From Leucoraja ocellata (Eukaryota), in assembly GCA_036785375.1 (NCBI GenBank), contig JAWMAR010000898.1, forward strand, positions 62,001 through 126,000: DNA of 64,000 nt, read 5' to 3'. Below, one piece after another: positions 1 to 15,084 of this stretch (its first letter is position 1; each line of letters begins with the position of its first letter). The translations under genes and the position numbers were made by a program. The notes beneath the pieces are model-generated. The model had not been told where the DNA came from. It worked only from the letters and a program-made list of their open reading frames with translations, and did not search any database.

Positions 1-1228
1 ACAGATTTCCTCCACAGATGCTGCCTGACCCACGGAGTTCCTCCAGGAGTGTGTTTTTTTGACAGTGAAATAAATGTAATTATAAACAAAAAACTAAATC
101 ACAATAATAAAGGAAAATGTTTCTTGGATAAATGGCATCAATGCAGCCATGGAACCAAATCTGAAAAATTCATCTACAACCATCATTTTAATCAAGGTGT
201 ATCCTGTGTCTCTTGACAAGGCTAGGTCACGTTAGTGGTTAGACAGGACCTGCCAACAACAGCACCTGCCAAAACGAGGCAAGGACTGGCAGGTGGGGAA
301 TGTGGCAGAATCGCAACAGTGGTGGTGAGAATGGCACAGGTTATGTCTTCTCTTTGTGAAGTGGAAGGAGATATTCTTTACTGAACTGATTTGGACATAT
401 GGGAATGCATCTTATCAAGCATTTTATATCTACCAGAAAGGTGTAGGACGTAGGGGCCCCTGTCCCAGGTGAGACCCACTGCCTCCTCTTCACACCCTGG
501 TAGCCTGGACCGGAGACTGCTCTGGATGGGCAGCCATGTTCAGCAGGGGGCTGTCAATGGCCATGGCTCTGCAGTTCTCCATCATGTGTACAGGGTTGAC
601 ACAGGGGCAGTGTTTTCCTGTTGACTAGTTACTCCGGTGGCTGCGGAGTATGACGCAACAGTGACAGGGGTGCCAGCCCGACGAGAGGTCACCTGGACAG
701 GACGAGCGCAGCAGCCAGCAACAGATTCTGTCGACCACATCACACCTGGACCCACCAGTCTTTACCTTCCCCACAACCCCCAACCCACAAAGCAAGCAGC
801 TGCATTCCAAGCATGCAAAATCAGTGTTTACTAGTTCTCAAGAGATTTCCTTTTCAGAATGAAAGATTACAGAGCAAGGAAATAGGTTTGATTCTGGCCT
901 TTCAAACCGACTTAGCTCATTGGTTTGTAAGCAGCATGGCACAGGATCAATGGAACCCGATGCTGAAGCAGGCGGTGAGACACGGGCGAGATGGGTCGTT
1001 ACTCTCCTCGGTGCCATGTCCTGGGATTCATTGGCACGTTTTGAATAGAAGAGAAGGAACTTCCAAAAGAGGGTCATGTAAAGATCCCATTCAATCCATG
1101 AGGGGAGCAGTGTTGGGTATTGTGCAGCAGTGGGAATTGGGCACACTAGTGCAATGCAGGCAGGCACCACCATGTTCCTACATCCTTGGAATGCTCTTAG
1201 AGCGAGGGTCATGTGGGCCGCACTGCAA

Positions 1229-1609
<381 letters not shown>

Positions 1610-1877
1610 TCACCAGATACCATCACTAAAAAAGATAGCATCCTTGTTATATTTAATGTCCAACATCTCATTTGGCCAGTGTCCAAATGGATCCCAGGAC
1701 ACACTCCAGACGGTGAGTTCTCAATGTCCTACACAAGGAGGAACACCGATGCACAATTCCCTTCAATTTTCCCATCAAACTCCCCCCAAAGCACAGGCTA
1801 ATCAAAGCACAGGCTAATCATTTCCACATTTTATTCCCCGTCATCTCGGGCATGACCTTGGAATGACAATGTGGTCA

Positions 1878-2198
<321 letters not shown>

Positions 2199-2294
2199 TT
2201 AGGGCAGAGAGAAATCACAACAGAAGGTCCAAACCAACCGTTGAAGCCTAAGACAATCCATGATCACCAGTGGCACAGCCAGTACATCGCCCAA

Positions 2295-3385
2295 AGATAG
2301 ACACAAAGTGCTGTAGTAACTCAGTGGATCAGGCCCACCATCTCTGGAGAAAAAGGATGGGTGACACTTTGAGTCGGAACCCCTTCTTTTGACTATGTAT
2401 GGGGTGGAGAGGAGGGTGGGGTCAAGACTGGTGGCAAGAAAAAACCAGGACCAATCTGGACCGGGCACAAATGACCAAGGAGTTGCCATCACCCACCAAG
2501 GGATCCCACCACTCATCACATCTTCCCGTCTCCACCCCTTTCCACCTTCCACAGGGACTGTTCCCTCCACAACTCCTTGGTTCATTCATCCCTTCCCACC
2601 CAAACCGCCACCCCCCCCCAGGTAATTTCCCCAGCAAATGCAAGAGATGCAACCCATGTTTATACCTCCTCCCTCAACTTCATCCAGGGTCCCCATAAGT
2701 CCTTTCCGGTTAGACAGCGGTTCACCTGTACCTCGTCCAACCTCATCTACAACATCCGGTGTTCCCAATGTGGGCGCTTGTACATCAGTGAGCCAAAATG
2801 TAAACTCGGCAACCATTTCACAGAACATTTACGTTCGGTCTGCCTAGAGCTACGGGATCTCCCAATTGCTAACCATTTTAACTCCCCTTCCCATTCCCAT
2901 ACCGATCTTTCTGTCCTGGGCCGCCTCCATGGCCAGAGTGAGATAACACGCAAACTGGAGGAACAGCAACTCATATTTTGCATGGGCAGCTTACACCCCA
3001 GCAGAATGAACATTAAACTCTATAATTTTAAGTAACTTCTTACTCCCCTCGCCCCCTTCCTCCACCCTAGTTGTTTTACCAGTTCCACAGTGCTTCATGT
3101 TGTTTGCTGCTTGAGATCACACCTTCCCTAGCCAACAGTGGCCATACCAGGCACCGCCCTGTCAGAGGTCATTTGTGGCTGGCCCTGATCGGTCCTGGTC
3201 TATTATCATCTCCAGCTCTTTAAGTACCCCCCCCCCCCCAACCCCTACTTTCAGTCTAAAGAAGGGTCCCAGCCTGAAAAGTCACCCATCCTTTCTCCCA
3301 CGAGATGCTACCTGACCCGTTGAGTTAGTCCTGCACTTTCTGTCCATCTTTGGTATAAACCCACATCTGCAGTTCCTTGTTTCTA
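2295..3385 (+). mobile_element. Penelope-like retroelement (PLE), 5'-truncated, with GIY-YIG endonuclease remnant and an inverted partial copy of its 3' end
   Basis: ORF 2577-3035 encodes FTCTSSNLIYNIRCSQCGRLYI...EHLRSV...PIANHFN...LEEQQLIF (PLE GIY-YIG). About 2295-2477 is a reverse-complement copy of about 3166-3350. Confidence 0.85.
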
Positions 3386-4207
3386 CAGTACATCACTCAG
3401 TTTAGTGGACCAGAATCTATCAGCCCAGGAAAGGCCCTGGTCACCTCTCCCCACAGACTGAGGCTTCCAGTCATCATTGACTCTGCTGGGAGAGACGGCA
3501 CCAGAACAGCTCCAGCAGGCTCCCAATTGATCTGGTGTCTTCTGTGCTCCACATTTAGCTTTCCCCAAAGACCACATCCCGCCCAAATAAAACATATGGT
3601 CAATGGGCTAAAGGGCTGTTTATCATAAGAGCAAATGGTGGATGTTCTTACTACAATCAGTGAGAAGCAGAGGTGCAAGTATGTATTGGCTAGTCATAAT
3701 GCACCTACCTGATCAGTGCACAAAGTGCTTTCTGTTTATTGCAAGGAATTTCCTTTGATATCCAAAATGATGCCAGGAAGTTCTTGAAAGATCTTATTTT
3801 TTAAGATGGATTTTCTTAATTGTGCAAGAAAATGTAAACACTCAGAGAAGTAAGCACTTGGGACCATTATCAGTTTAGTTTATTGTCATGTGTACCGAGG
3901 TACAGTGAAAAGCTTTTGTTGCATGCTAACCTGTCAGCGGAGAGACAACACACGATTATCATCGGCCCATCCACAGTGTATAGATACATGATAAGGGAAT
4001 AATGTTAGAGCACAGTAAAGCCAGTGAAGTCCAATTAGTAGTTAGGATGCAGCTAGTGCTGAGAGATTTTGGGCTACCAAGCAGAAAGTGCAGCAAATGC
4101 AAATTCTTCTTGCAACCTTGGGCCCCTGAGTGGGAGATTTAAACACAGGTCTGGTTTCGACTTCATTTGTCATGCAGTCGTCAAACTGCTATTCCGTGCA
4201 CAACCTA

Positions 4208-4357
<150 letters not shown>

Positions 4358-5007
4358 TCAAAATAACTGCAGACGCTGGAAATCTAAAATGAACGCTGGG
4401 AACACTCAGTAAATCAGGCTACATCTGCAGGAAACAGCGTTTGAGTTTCAGCTCAAAGTGAGTATCGCCAGTTTTTGCCCAGACATTGGATTTCACCCAT
4501 AAACCGGGTGAATGCAATAACATGCGGCAAAGGTCAGGCAATAGTTTGTACCCAGGTGCAAGGCATGGAATCCTCTGCCTTATCCCTAAAAGTAGAGGTG
4601 AAATACTGCACGAGAATGTTCCTCAATGAAACACCAATGAACTGGACATTATTCAAGCATCCTGGGACCGCTGAGTGCAAGATCATTGGAAAAGTGCGGA
4701 GTACTATGGAAAAAGCAGGGTCAGGGAAGGACTCAAGCTGTAGTTAGGGAAAGAACTGAAGCTCAGATATACAGGAGCCATCTCTGTGCTCCCGTGGACT
4801 GGGAACAGAAAGAGAGAAGCACACACATTCAGAGTTGCATTAGCACTCGTCCTTCTCAGCATTAAGATAGCTGTGTGATTAAGATCTTATTCTGGGATGA
4901 TGTTTATCCTGTAACAATAGGTTTGTTGCCATGGTTAATAACACAAAAAGATTAAGAATGGAGCAAGCCCAGTCTCTGGGCTGGGCCGTGATTGTAACTG
5001 GTTGTTA

Positions 5008-5430
<423 letters not shown>

Positions 5431-5459
5431 TCACAGAGGAGAGTAAAGGTTACAGCTAG

Positions 5460-6075
5460 GTCATAAGTGATAGGAGTAAAATTAGGCCATTCGGCCCATC
5501 AAGTCTACTCTGCCATTCAATCATGGCTGATCTATCTCTCTCTCCTAACCCCATTCCCCTGCTTTCTCCCCATAACCTCTGATATCTGTACTAATCAAAA
5601 ATCTATCTATCTCTGCCTTAAAAATATCTACTGACCTGGCCTCTACAGCCTTCTGTGGCAAAGAATTCCACAGATTCACCACCCTCTGACTGAAGAAATT
5701 TCACCTTCCTAAAAGAATGTTCTTTAATTCTGAGACTATGACCTAGACACTCCCCCGAGTGGAAACATCCTCTCCACATCCACTCTATCCAAGCCTTTCA
5801 CTGTTCTGTATGTTTCAATATGGTCCCCCATCATTCTTCTAAACTCCAGCCAGTACAGGTCCAGCGCCGATATGCACTCATCATAGGTTAACCTACTCAT
5901 TCCTGGAATAATTCTTGTAAAACTCCTCTGGACCCTCTCCAGAACCAGCATATCCATCCTCAGATACAGTGCCCAAAATTGTTCACAATATTCCAAATGT
6001 GGCCTTACCAGCGCCTCAGCATTACAGCTCTGTTTTCGTATACAAGCCCTCTTGAAATAAATGCTAGCATCGAGT
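5460..6075 (-). mobile_element. CR1-type LINE 3' fragment with tail
   Basis: ORF 5736-6191: ALVRPHLEYCEQFW...LERVQRSFTRIIPGM...LEFRRMMGD..ETY...GLDRVDVERMFPL; tail gaatggcctaatt. Confidence 0.85.
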
Positions 6076-6389
6076 TTCTTTAGGGTCGGTGAGGGCTGAC
6101 GTTGAACGAGTCTGTGTGGACCTTTCATATATTTAAGGAAATAAATATGATATGATATAGGAAGAGGCCACACTGATTTGACTGGCCACACTGGGGTACT
6201 GATTTTGGATGATCAGCCATGATCATAAGGAATGGCGGTGCTGGCTCGACGGGCTGAATGGCCTACTCCTGCACATATTTTCTACGTTTCACACAGCCCA
6301 TCAGGTTTAGCTTCCATTTTCCTTCCCATAATTTATTCTCTCTCACATGCCATCTATTCCCCTCAATTCTCCTGCCACTCATCTACACA

Positions 6390-6550
6390 CTGGGGGCAAC
6401 ACAGCATCCAGTTAATCATCCTTCCTTGCGATGTGGCAGGGAACCGGAACACCCGGGAAAAACACAAATAGTCACGGAAGAATGTGCAACATAGAATGTA
6501 CCCGAGGTCAGGGTTGAACCTAGGGCGCCGGAGCTAGAGGTAGCAGCAAG
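6390..6550 (-). mobile_element. tRNA-derived V-SINE-like fragment
   Basis: Reverse complement gives ggttcaaccctgacctcgg (B-box-like) and cccgggtgttccggttcc (V-domain-like); related copies near 12835-12965, 29580-29930 and 51500-51575. Confidence 0.55.
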
Positions 6551-8849
6551 TCTTTTTGATAGGAACCTGCACAACAGGCTGGCCAATAAAATAAAACTCC
6601 ATGGAACCCAAGAGAGGGTGACATATTAGGTTCAAAACTGACGCAGGCAGGGAACAAAGTGGAACAATTAATGGGATTTTGTGACCAGGCTCAGCACTTG
6701 GCCCATGCTTGTGCATCATTGTTATTTGTAAGAGAATAAAATAAGAGCCTACAAATGAGGTTCAGGAGGTGGTACCCTGCCCTCGAGCTGCTAGCCCCTT
6801 TACTAAAGTCAATCAGATTGCAATGTCAACTCTACAATCCCGTTTACCTGCGAAAGGCTTTCACTTCCCCGTTCATCAAGAAGCCAACTCTGCTGTCAAA
6901 TAATGACAGAATCTTTCCAGCAGACCGAGGATGATTTCAACAGTAGACAGATCAGTGTTTGAAGAGCAGTGATCTGTAGTGCCAAGGCCCTTGTGCAGCA
7001 GGGTGGGATCTAATTTAGTAGCCAACAATGGCCAAGTGCATCCTGTGCCATACATGCAAGAGGCATTTTGATCAATGAACAGGGAGCAACAAGCTCAATA
7101 GTAGGTGGTCAATGCTCATTTGCATAGTATATATTTTTGCATGTTTGCTGACATGGCTGTAATAAGCCATACATAACAAATTATATTCATCTTTTCTATT
7201 CTTTGTATTGTGTAGAGCAGAAAATTAAAAAAATATGCATTGCATTCACAAGACTTTATAAATGGATGAAAAAAAAAGGTTAAACCACTACATTGGACAG
7301 CTGGGCACATTTTAAACTCGGGCGTCATATTCTATGGATTGCGAGAGACGGAGGAGAAGTGTTGACAGCAATAACACAACTGAATTATGTAAACAGCTGA
7401 ACAACAGAGAGCAGTGAAACCCAGCTCCAGACCTGATGCAGGAAGCTTGCAAGTGGATAACTAAACAGGGTAGAAAGACCTCAACTCAACCTCAAGCACT
7501 GAAAGAGCAGAGAAAGACTTATCCAAAGCAGATAGGACATACTGTTGAAGAGAACTGGTCAGCATGGCCTCCTGTCCAACCCAGCTGACAAAACAGTGCA
7601 AGGCATCATTAGCAGTGGCAACCTATACACTGCATTGGAGAATTCTACAGCTGGGAAGTGACCACTGGCACTGCGATGCTGGAGGAGCTGTCAAGTTAAC
7701 TCCACTCTTTCCTCATAGATCTGCCATTTGTTTCCCCTTAATGTTCATCCACTTTATTGACAGTTATCACTGATTCCACACCCACCATTTCATTTGGGCA
7801 AGTGTTTCAGATCACAAGCGAGCTGTGTCCTCAGCCCACACTGGCTTCTTTGCAAAGTTGTCTCCTCCAGCCATTGGAAGATGATTTATTGTTTATTACC
7901 AAACAATTTGGTCATCACATCTTAGGAAGGATGTTGAGGTTTTTGAGAGGACTTTGAAAAGATTTACTACAATTGTCCCAGGGAGAATGGATTTCAGTTC
8001 CAAAGTTAGACTGTGAAGGCTCAGCATGTTCTCATTGGAGCAAGGAGGGTTGAGAGGAGACTAAAGAGACTGCAGATGCCGGAACCTAGAACTAAAATGC
8101 TGGAAGTACTCAATGGGTCAAGCAGCAGCTGTGGAGGCAAAGGTGCAGGTCAACATTTCGGGTCCATCGGATCCTACTTCAAGGTTGAGAGAAGTTTTGA
8201 CTGAGTTGGCAAGATGATGGTGGGCTTCCACTGTAGTAATGGAGCAAAATTGCTCTCGTTTGCAGAGAGATTCAGGAACAATGGAACAAAGTTGATAGGC
8301 AGGGCAGCTGCATAAACATATGATGCAGTGAGTGGTTTTGAACCTGATCGTGCAGCTTGAAAGACTGTGTCCTGTCATGACTTTCAAACGGAAAGCGGAT
8401 GGGCATAAGAGAGAACATCTCCAAGCCCAGGAGAATGAACAGAAAAACACATCCGATAGATTGCTTTAAAATCAGACAGCGCCGGACACATCAATCCCAT
8501 GCCTCTTTCAAGGATGTAACAAACACTCTTCCAGCTGAGAACTTTAAATAAATCATTGGCTTTGATTAACCCCAATCTGAAAAACAACCACATACTATCA
8601 CTCCCAAATAAAATCATTAATAGCTGGAACCACTCATCAGGTCAGGCCACACTGTGAGAAGAGTAACGGTAGCAACATTCTGACAAAGTGTCTCCAACCT
8701 GAAACTTTAACTCTGTTTTTCTTCCCACCAATGTAGCCTGAATATTTCCAGCATTTTCAGTTTTTATTTTATATTCACAGTATAGAAAGATTTTTATATT
8801 TACATAATTTACATTCCCTTTATGCCTATTTTTGCTATTTACCCATTCT

Positions 8850-9775
8850 TAGTCAGGAGATAGGGAGAGTAAATTGGGAGCACTTGCCCACATCAGACAT
8901 GCGGGAGTTATTTAAAGGCCAGCTGATGAGTGTTCAGGACTGGTATGTTCCAGTAAGGAGGAAGGATAATGATGGCAAGGTGAGGAAACCGTAGATGACC
9001 AAAGTGGTTGGAAATTTTGTTAAAAAATAAAAAGGAAACCTATGCAAGGTTTACGAAGAAATCAGACGTCCTTTGAGGAATATAAAGCAAATAGGAAAGT
9101 ACTCACGAGGGCCATTAGAAGGGCCAAAATGGGCCGTGAAGTGTCTTTGGCGAGTTGGAATAAAGGCAATCCCAAGGCTTTTTACAGGTACATTAAAAAC
9201 AAGAGGGTAACCAGAGAAGATAGGACTGCTCAAGGATGAAGGAGGTCGTTTGTGCTTTGAGTCAGCATGTAGAGGAGGTACTAAACGAACACTTTGCATC
9301 TGTATTCACCAAGGAGAAGCATGTGGTGGACAGTGATATATATCAGTGTAGAAAATACTAATTTGACAGGGCAGTTTGAGATTAAGAAAGTGTTGAGGCT
9401 TTTGAAGAGCATTAAGATGGCTAAATCCCCAGGGCCTGATGGGATCTGTACCAAGTTATTAAGAGAAGCTTAAGAAGCAAATGCCTTGTATCTTCTCTAG
9501 CCACAGACAAGGTCCTGGAGGACTGGACAGTAGCCACTTTGTTCCTTTGTTTAAGAAGGGGAGAGAATCTATAGAATTATAGGTCGATGAACCTCAGGTG
9601 AGTGGTAGAGAAGCTATTGGGAAGGATTCTTCAGGGTAGGATTTACTCGCGTTTGGAAGAGAATGGGCTAAATTAGGGACAGTTAACAAGGCTTTGCACG
9701 CAGCAGATCATGTCTTACTCCTTTTTCGAGGAGTGACGAAGGTGGTTGATGAGGGTAGAGCAATGCTGATGACTT
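8850..9775 (+). mobile_element. CR1-type LINE ORF2 fragment (linker to RT start), degenerate
   Basis: KGNPKAFYRYIKNKRVTRE (ORF 9042-9239), then KSPGPDG-, PLFKKG- and NYR-like coding remnants. Confidence 0.85.
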
Positions 9776-10403
9776 CTTCACATAAAGCGCATAGAATAAA
9801 CAGAATACAAATGGTAACAATAAATACGAGAGCAAAGCAGCAGAATGGTACAAGATGGTGCAAAAATCCAATATGCAAAAGAATATTAAAGTGCAACAGC
9901 CAACTGAGGGAGAATTGAGAGCAAGAATAATTGGCAACACCTTTGCGAAATGAGTGTGAAAGAGGTGATTGGTTCAGGAGCCTGATAACAGTGGGGAAGA
10001 TGTTTTTTAGTTTGGATGTCCGGGTGCCAAGCTCGATAAAAATGGTGGAAGTGACTAACCTGGCGTCACCCTGACCACACCATGGGTTAGCGAGCAGTCT
10101 GCATTGTATTACACTCCACGGATTATGAATCCCCACAGGTAAACTTCCTGCCCCTGCTCCTTACAAAATACTCTATATTTACCTGCATTAAACATCAGTC
10201 TACCCTCTTGCACCCTCCCCTTCTCCCATACCCCGCCCACCCTCACCCACTCCACTTCCCCCATCACCACTCCATCTCTCAAACCCTCCCACCTATCCAC
10301 CCCGGTACAGAACCAGTGTGATGACGATGGTACGGAAGACTAATACAGAACCAGTGTGAAGACGATGGGCCGATTGGCCTCCTCTAGTCAATGGCTCTAC
10401 TTA

Positions 10404-10535
<132 letters not shown>

Positions 10536-10829
10536 CTAGGCTGATCCTGAGCTTGCACTGCCAATTCAGGCCAGGAGCTGCACACCATGCATGCAGCCTG
10601 AGTCTCAGGCTGCAACAGTCATCTCTACAGACTGTGGAAGTGCTGCTGTGCTGCAGGACCTGGGCGCTGGTCCAACCTCAGGTCCTGCTCACTGACCCGT
10701 GGCCTTTGTATTGCAGCAAGGCCCCAGACGAATCTCCGCAACCTTCAGCCTTCTCACCGAGCCCCCAACTTCAGGCCTCACGCCCTGACCTCTGGCCCAA
10801 ACCTCTCAATTCAGCAAACAAGGACAAGC

Positions 10830-11650
10830 TATGTGTGATATATGTAAATGATCTGGACGTAAAAATGGACGGGTTGGTTAGTAAGTTTGCAAATGTCACC
10901 AAAATTGGTGGAGTTGCGGACAGCAAGGGCGGCTGCCGAGTATATAGCAGGATATACATCAGCTCCAAAAGTGGGCAGAAAATTGGCAGATGGAGTTCAA
11001 TCCGAGTTGAGGTGCTGCACTTTGGGAGGACAAATGTAAGGGGACCATTAACAGTTAACGGCAAGATCATTAACAACATTGATGTACAGAGGGATATTGG
11101 GTTTAAAGTCCATAGCTCACTAGAGACAGCAACACAAGTAGGTAGAGTGGTAAAGGAAGCATATGGTAGGTCTGACTTCTTTGGTCATGGCATGAGTACA
11201 AGAGCCAATATGTTGTACCATTATAAAACTTTGGTTAGGCTGCATTTGAGATGCTGTGTGCAGTCAGGTCCTCTCATTACCAGAAGGATGTGGAGGCTTG
11301 GGAGAGGATACATCAGAATGCTGTCTGGACAAGAGGTCATGACTTTTACGGAGGTTGGACATCAGTGGTTGAGGGGAGACTTGACAGAAATATATAACAT
11401 GACGCTAGACATGGAGACATTATCAGTACCTTGTTTCTCAGGGTTGACACTTCAAAGAGCTTTAAAGTGATAGGGGCAACTTTTTGTATACAGAGAGTTG
11501 TGGGTGCCTGAACCCGCTGTCACGGGTGGTGGTGGGGGCAAACAGGACAGCGGCATTTTAGAGGCTTTGAGTGAGACACATGGATATGCAGTGGATGGAT
11601 CATATGCAGGCAGTTTAACTTGGCAGCATGTTCGGCACAGACACTGTTCT
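10830..11650 (+). mobile_element. CR1-type LINE RT C-terminal fragment and 3' tail
   Basis: IYVNDLD...SKFANVTKIGG...VLHFGRTN...QRDIG..VHSSL...YKTLVRLHL within ORF 10391-11470. Confidence 0.85.
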
Positions 11651-11697
11651 AGTTCTAGTGACCTTCCGCCGGTTTCCCCCTCCATCCACTCACTCAC

Positions 11698-11728
11698 TGG
11701 TCAAGATGTCGGGCTCACTGGGCTTCAT
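11698..11728 (-). CDS. GUCD1: GUCD1 coding exon 1, MKPSEPDILT
   Basis: ATG at 11728 in acaATG context within a CpG island, followed by a gtgagt donor; phase 1 matches exon 2; total CDS 708 nt. The N-terminus is poorly conserved, so this exon is less certain. Confidence 0.75.
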
Positions 11729-12114
<386 letters not shown>

Positions 12115-12512
12115 GTGAGGGCAAGGAGCAGGAGGGAGCGAGCGAAAGTGCGGGAAGAGGAGAGGCCGGGGGTAGGGGGAGGGGAAGGAGGGAGGGAGAT
12201 GAGGAGGAGGAGGAGAGAGAGACGGGGGAGAAGGATGGAGAGGACGGGAAGAGGAGGAAGGAGGGAGGGGGAAGAGTAGTGAGGGAGAGGGGAGTGAGAG
12301 GAGGAGGAGGGAGAGGGCGTGAGGGAGGAGGAGCAGAGGACGGGAAGAGAGGGGGAAAGGAGGGAGTTGAAGAGTAGAGGGACCGATGGGGGAGGAGGAG
12401 GGAGATGAGGAGGAACAGGAAAGGGCGGGAAGAGGAGGAGGGAGGGGAAGAGAAGTGAGGGAGACGGGGAGGAGGGGGGAGTGAGAGGGGGGAAGGGCAT
12501 GAGGGAGGAAAG
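12115..12512 (+). repeat. Purine-rich (G/A) low-complexity tract in SNRPD3 intron 1
   Basis: About 400 bp almost entirely G/A, with gaggag and gggag runs and a recurring GAGGACGGGAAGAG unit. Confidence 0.9.
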
Positions 12513-13062
12513 GTAGACAAAAATGCTGGAGAAACTCAACGGGTGCAGCAGCATCTATGGAGCGAAGGAAATAGGCAACATTTCTGGCCAAAACCCTTCT
12601 TCAGACTGATGAGGGAGGAGAGGACGGGAAGAGAGAGGGAAAGGAGGGAGAGGGACCGAGGGGGAAGGAGGAAAAGGGTAGTGAGAGGGGGAGGGAGGGG
12701 TGGAGAGAGACTGGGAGAGGGTGATGTCTGAATGCAATCAATTCCTGTGGTGAAATGTTTTCCCATTGCCACTGTACATGCTACGATAAGGGTTCCACAA
12801 ACTGGCACAATAACATCAGATGGTCCAACACAATCGGGCGGCACTGTACTGCAGCAGTAGAGCTGTCTTACAGTGCCAAAGACCTGGGTTTATATATTCT
12901 CCCAGGGATCATGTGGGTTTTGTTTGGGTGCTCAGGTTTCCTCTCATGTTCCAAAGATGTACACGGGGGTGGGGGGGGGGGGGGGGGGAAGGGTTACACA
13001 TCCTGGCTGGTTTGTTTGCCTTTCTGAAGTGGGTTGTGCTCTGATCCCATTGCCTGTACTGA

Positions 13063-13332
<270 letters not shown>

Positions 13333-14918
13333 TGATTTGCCTGGCTACTGTCCCTGATATTCCGCCAGCAGCTTCAATTCAAACCTGAAAAGTCATTGAC
13401 TTGTTTCCTACCTGTTCCTCTCTCCACAGATGCTGCCTTACCTGCTGCGTGCTTCCAACATTCTGTTTTATTTCATGTTTTCAGCATCTGCATAAACCTA
13501 TGTGACGGTTTGGGTTGTGAGGACGAATATAGATGGAATGTAACAGGAAAACTAACACATCCACTTTGGTAGAAAAGGCAGGGTATTTTGAAAGATTGAA
13601 AGGTTATTAGTGTTCAGTGGAAATTGAGCATTCTTGTACATGGATCATTGATAATTAAAATAGGGGATAGCAAGCATTTGGCCTTGAGAACGTGGGACTT
13701 TTCAAGAAAGGATTTGAGGACAAAAATGGAAGTGCCTTTTGGGGTCCCGGTGAGATTCTGCTTGGATTATTGAGCCCTAGCCTCCTGCCTAAGAAAGGAT
13801 GCATTTCCAAAGGTAGGTGTGCACTGAAGGTCCACCAGAATGATTCATGGGGAGCATTGGTTTATGCGGAGAGATTAGGCAGAGGGGCCTGACAAGTTCA
13901 GATGAAGGGAGGTGATCTGATTGGAACTTACAAAATTCTTACAGGGCATGACAAGGTGGATGCAGGATGAGGATGTCCCTGGCTAGGGTGTCTCAAAGTA
14001 AGGCAATTCAGGGCATAGATGAGAAATTTCATCTGAGGATGGTACATCTCTGAAATGCCTTTACCTCGGAGGGCTATAGAGGCTCATTCAATGAGGATTC
14101 AAATGGGAAATGTGGGTAGTTCTGCTATAATGCGTGCTTCCACATCACAAATGGAATATAATGCAATTGATGAATTAGGGAACACTATTTCTATCATGCC
14201 AGTTGAATTGGCTAGGACGAATTTTCAATCAAGAGCCGGAGAACCACTTAAAAGTTACTTTAGAAATTGGCGAGCAGAAAAAAGCTGACTTGGGAAAAAA
14301 ATGTTGGAAAATATAACTGTAACCTTCCAGCAGTAACCAGACACTGTTGCTTCCTAACACAGTTGCAACTTTCACCATGGGAGGCCATTGATGCTGACAA
14401 GCAATCGCCTCTATTGACACTTGTGCAATGATACCCTATTAAAAATGTTACATACAGTTATGTTACATACATACTTTTACTTAAAGTAACAAAAGTAAAC
14501 AAACATATTGAAATTGCCCTTTTAAAAAAAAATCCAGCTGGGAAAAAAAACATTGTTATTGCGAGTTTAAAATGCTTGTGCTCCGAACCCCCTTTCCCCA
14601 AGTAAGGCAATTATTTTTGTAACATGATTTTCTACAATATGGGGTTTCTTGGGGGCACAACTATTGTGTTACAGCAGAACTTCCTGTTGATGCTAAGAAA
14701 GCTGCGGGATGTGACAGGACTGTTGGACAGGCTGCCTTGAGGGAGATCAGCCTGCTCCTATCTCTGGGGTTTATGTGAAGGCTTCTGATTGCCACTCCAG
14801 GTCTTGGTTGGCTTGTTGTCAGCAGGGCAGTTGCTGTGTGAATACTTGTTGACCCTCTGCATGAAGCCGGCGGAAATTGAAGGTTTGACTCCTTGTCTGA
14901 TTGTTTCTCTCTCTTCAG

Positions 14919-14980
14919 TGGCTGCGCGAGGGAGAGGCCGTGGTATGGGACGAGGGAACATCTTCCAGAAGAGGAGGTGA
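14919..14980 (+). CDS. SNRPD3: SNRPD3 coding exon 3, (V)AARGRGRGMGRGNIFQKRR*
   Basis: Identical to human RG-rich C-terminus; ctctcttcag acceptor; TGA at 14978-14980. Confidence 0.96.
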
Positions 14981-15078
14981 GGTCCTCCTCCCGCCTCACC
15001 GAAGGATTTCCAGGAGCTTTATGTATTTGTTGTTTTATAATTCTGTATACGGAGTCCATTGTGTTGTGGCTGGTTGAC

Positions 15079-15084
15079 AATAAA
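15079..15084 (+). terminator. SNRPD3 polyadenylation signal AATAAA
   Basis: AATAAA about 100 nt after the stop codon, followed by a GT-rich element (tgtgtttggt). Confidence 0.75.

Noticed and set aside
180-1228. ORFs of 61-143 aa and a possible GUCD1 poly(A) signal (ATTAAA on minus strand near 187-192)
   Set aside because: No recognisable protein; probably GUCD1 3' UTR or downstream sequence, and the 3' end cannot be fixed from sequence alone.
1788-1820. 16-bp tandem duplication AAAGCACAGGCTAATC x2; similar small repeats near 30870-30905 and 40155-40215
   Set aside because: Ordinary slippage duplications with no further structure.
10305-10370. Direct repeat ACAGAACCAGTGTGA(T/A)GACGATGG with a 14-nt spacer, superficially CRISPR-like
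   Set aside because: Only two copies, eukaryotic context and no cas genes; a local duplication.
12835-12965. tRNA-like sequence
   Set aside because: No complete cloverleaf; it is the head of a tRNA-derived SINE, not a tRNA gene.
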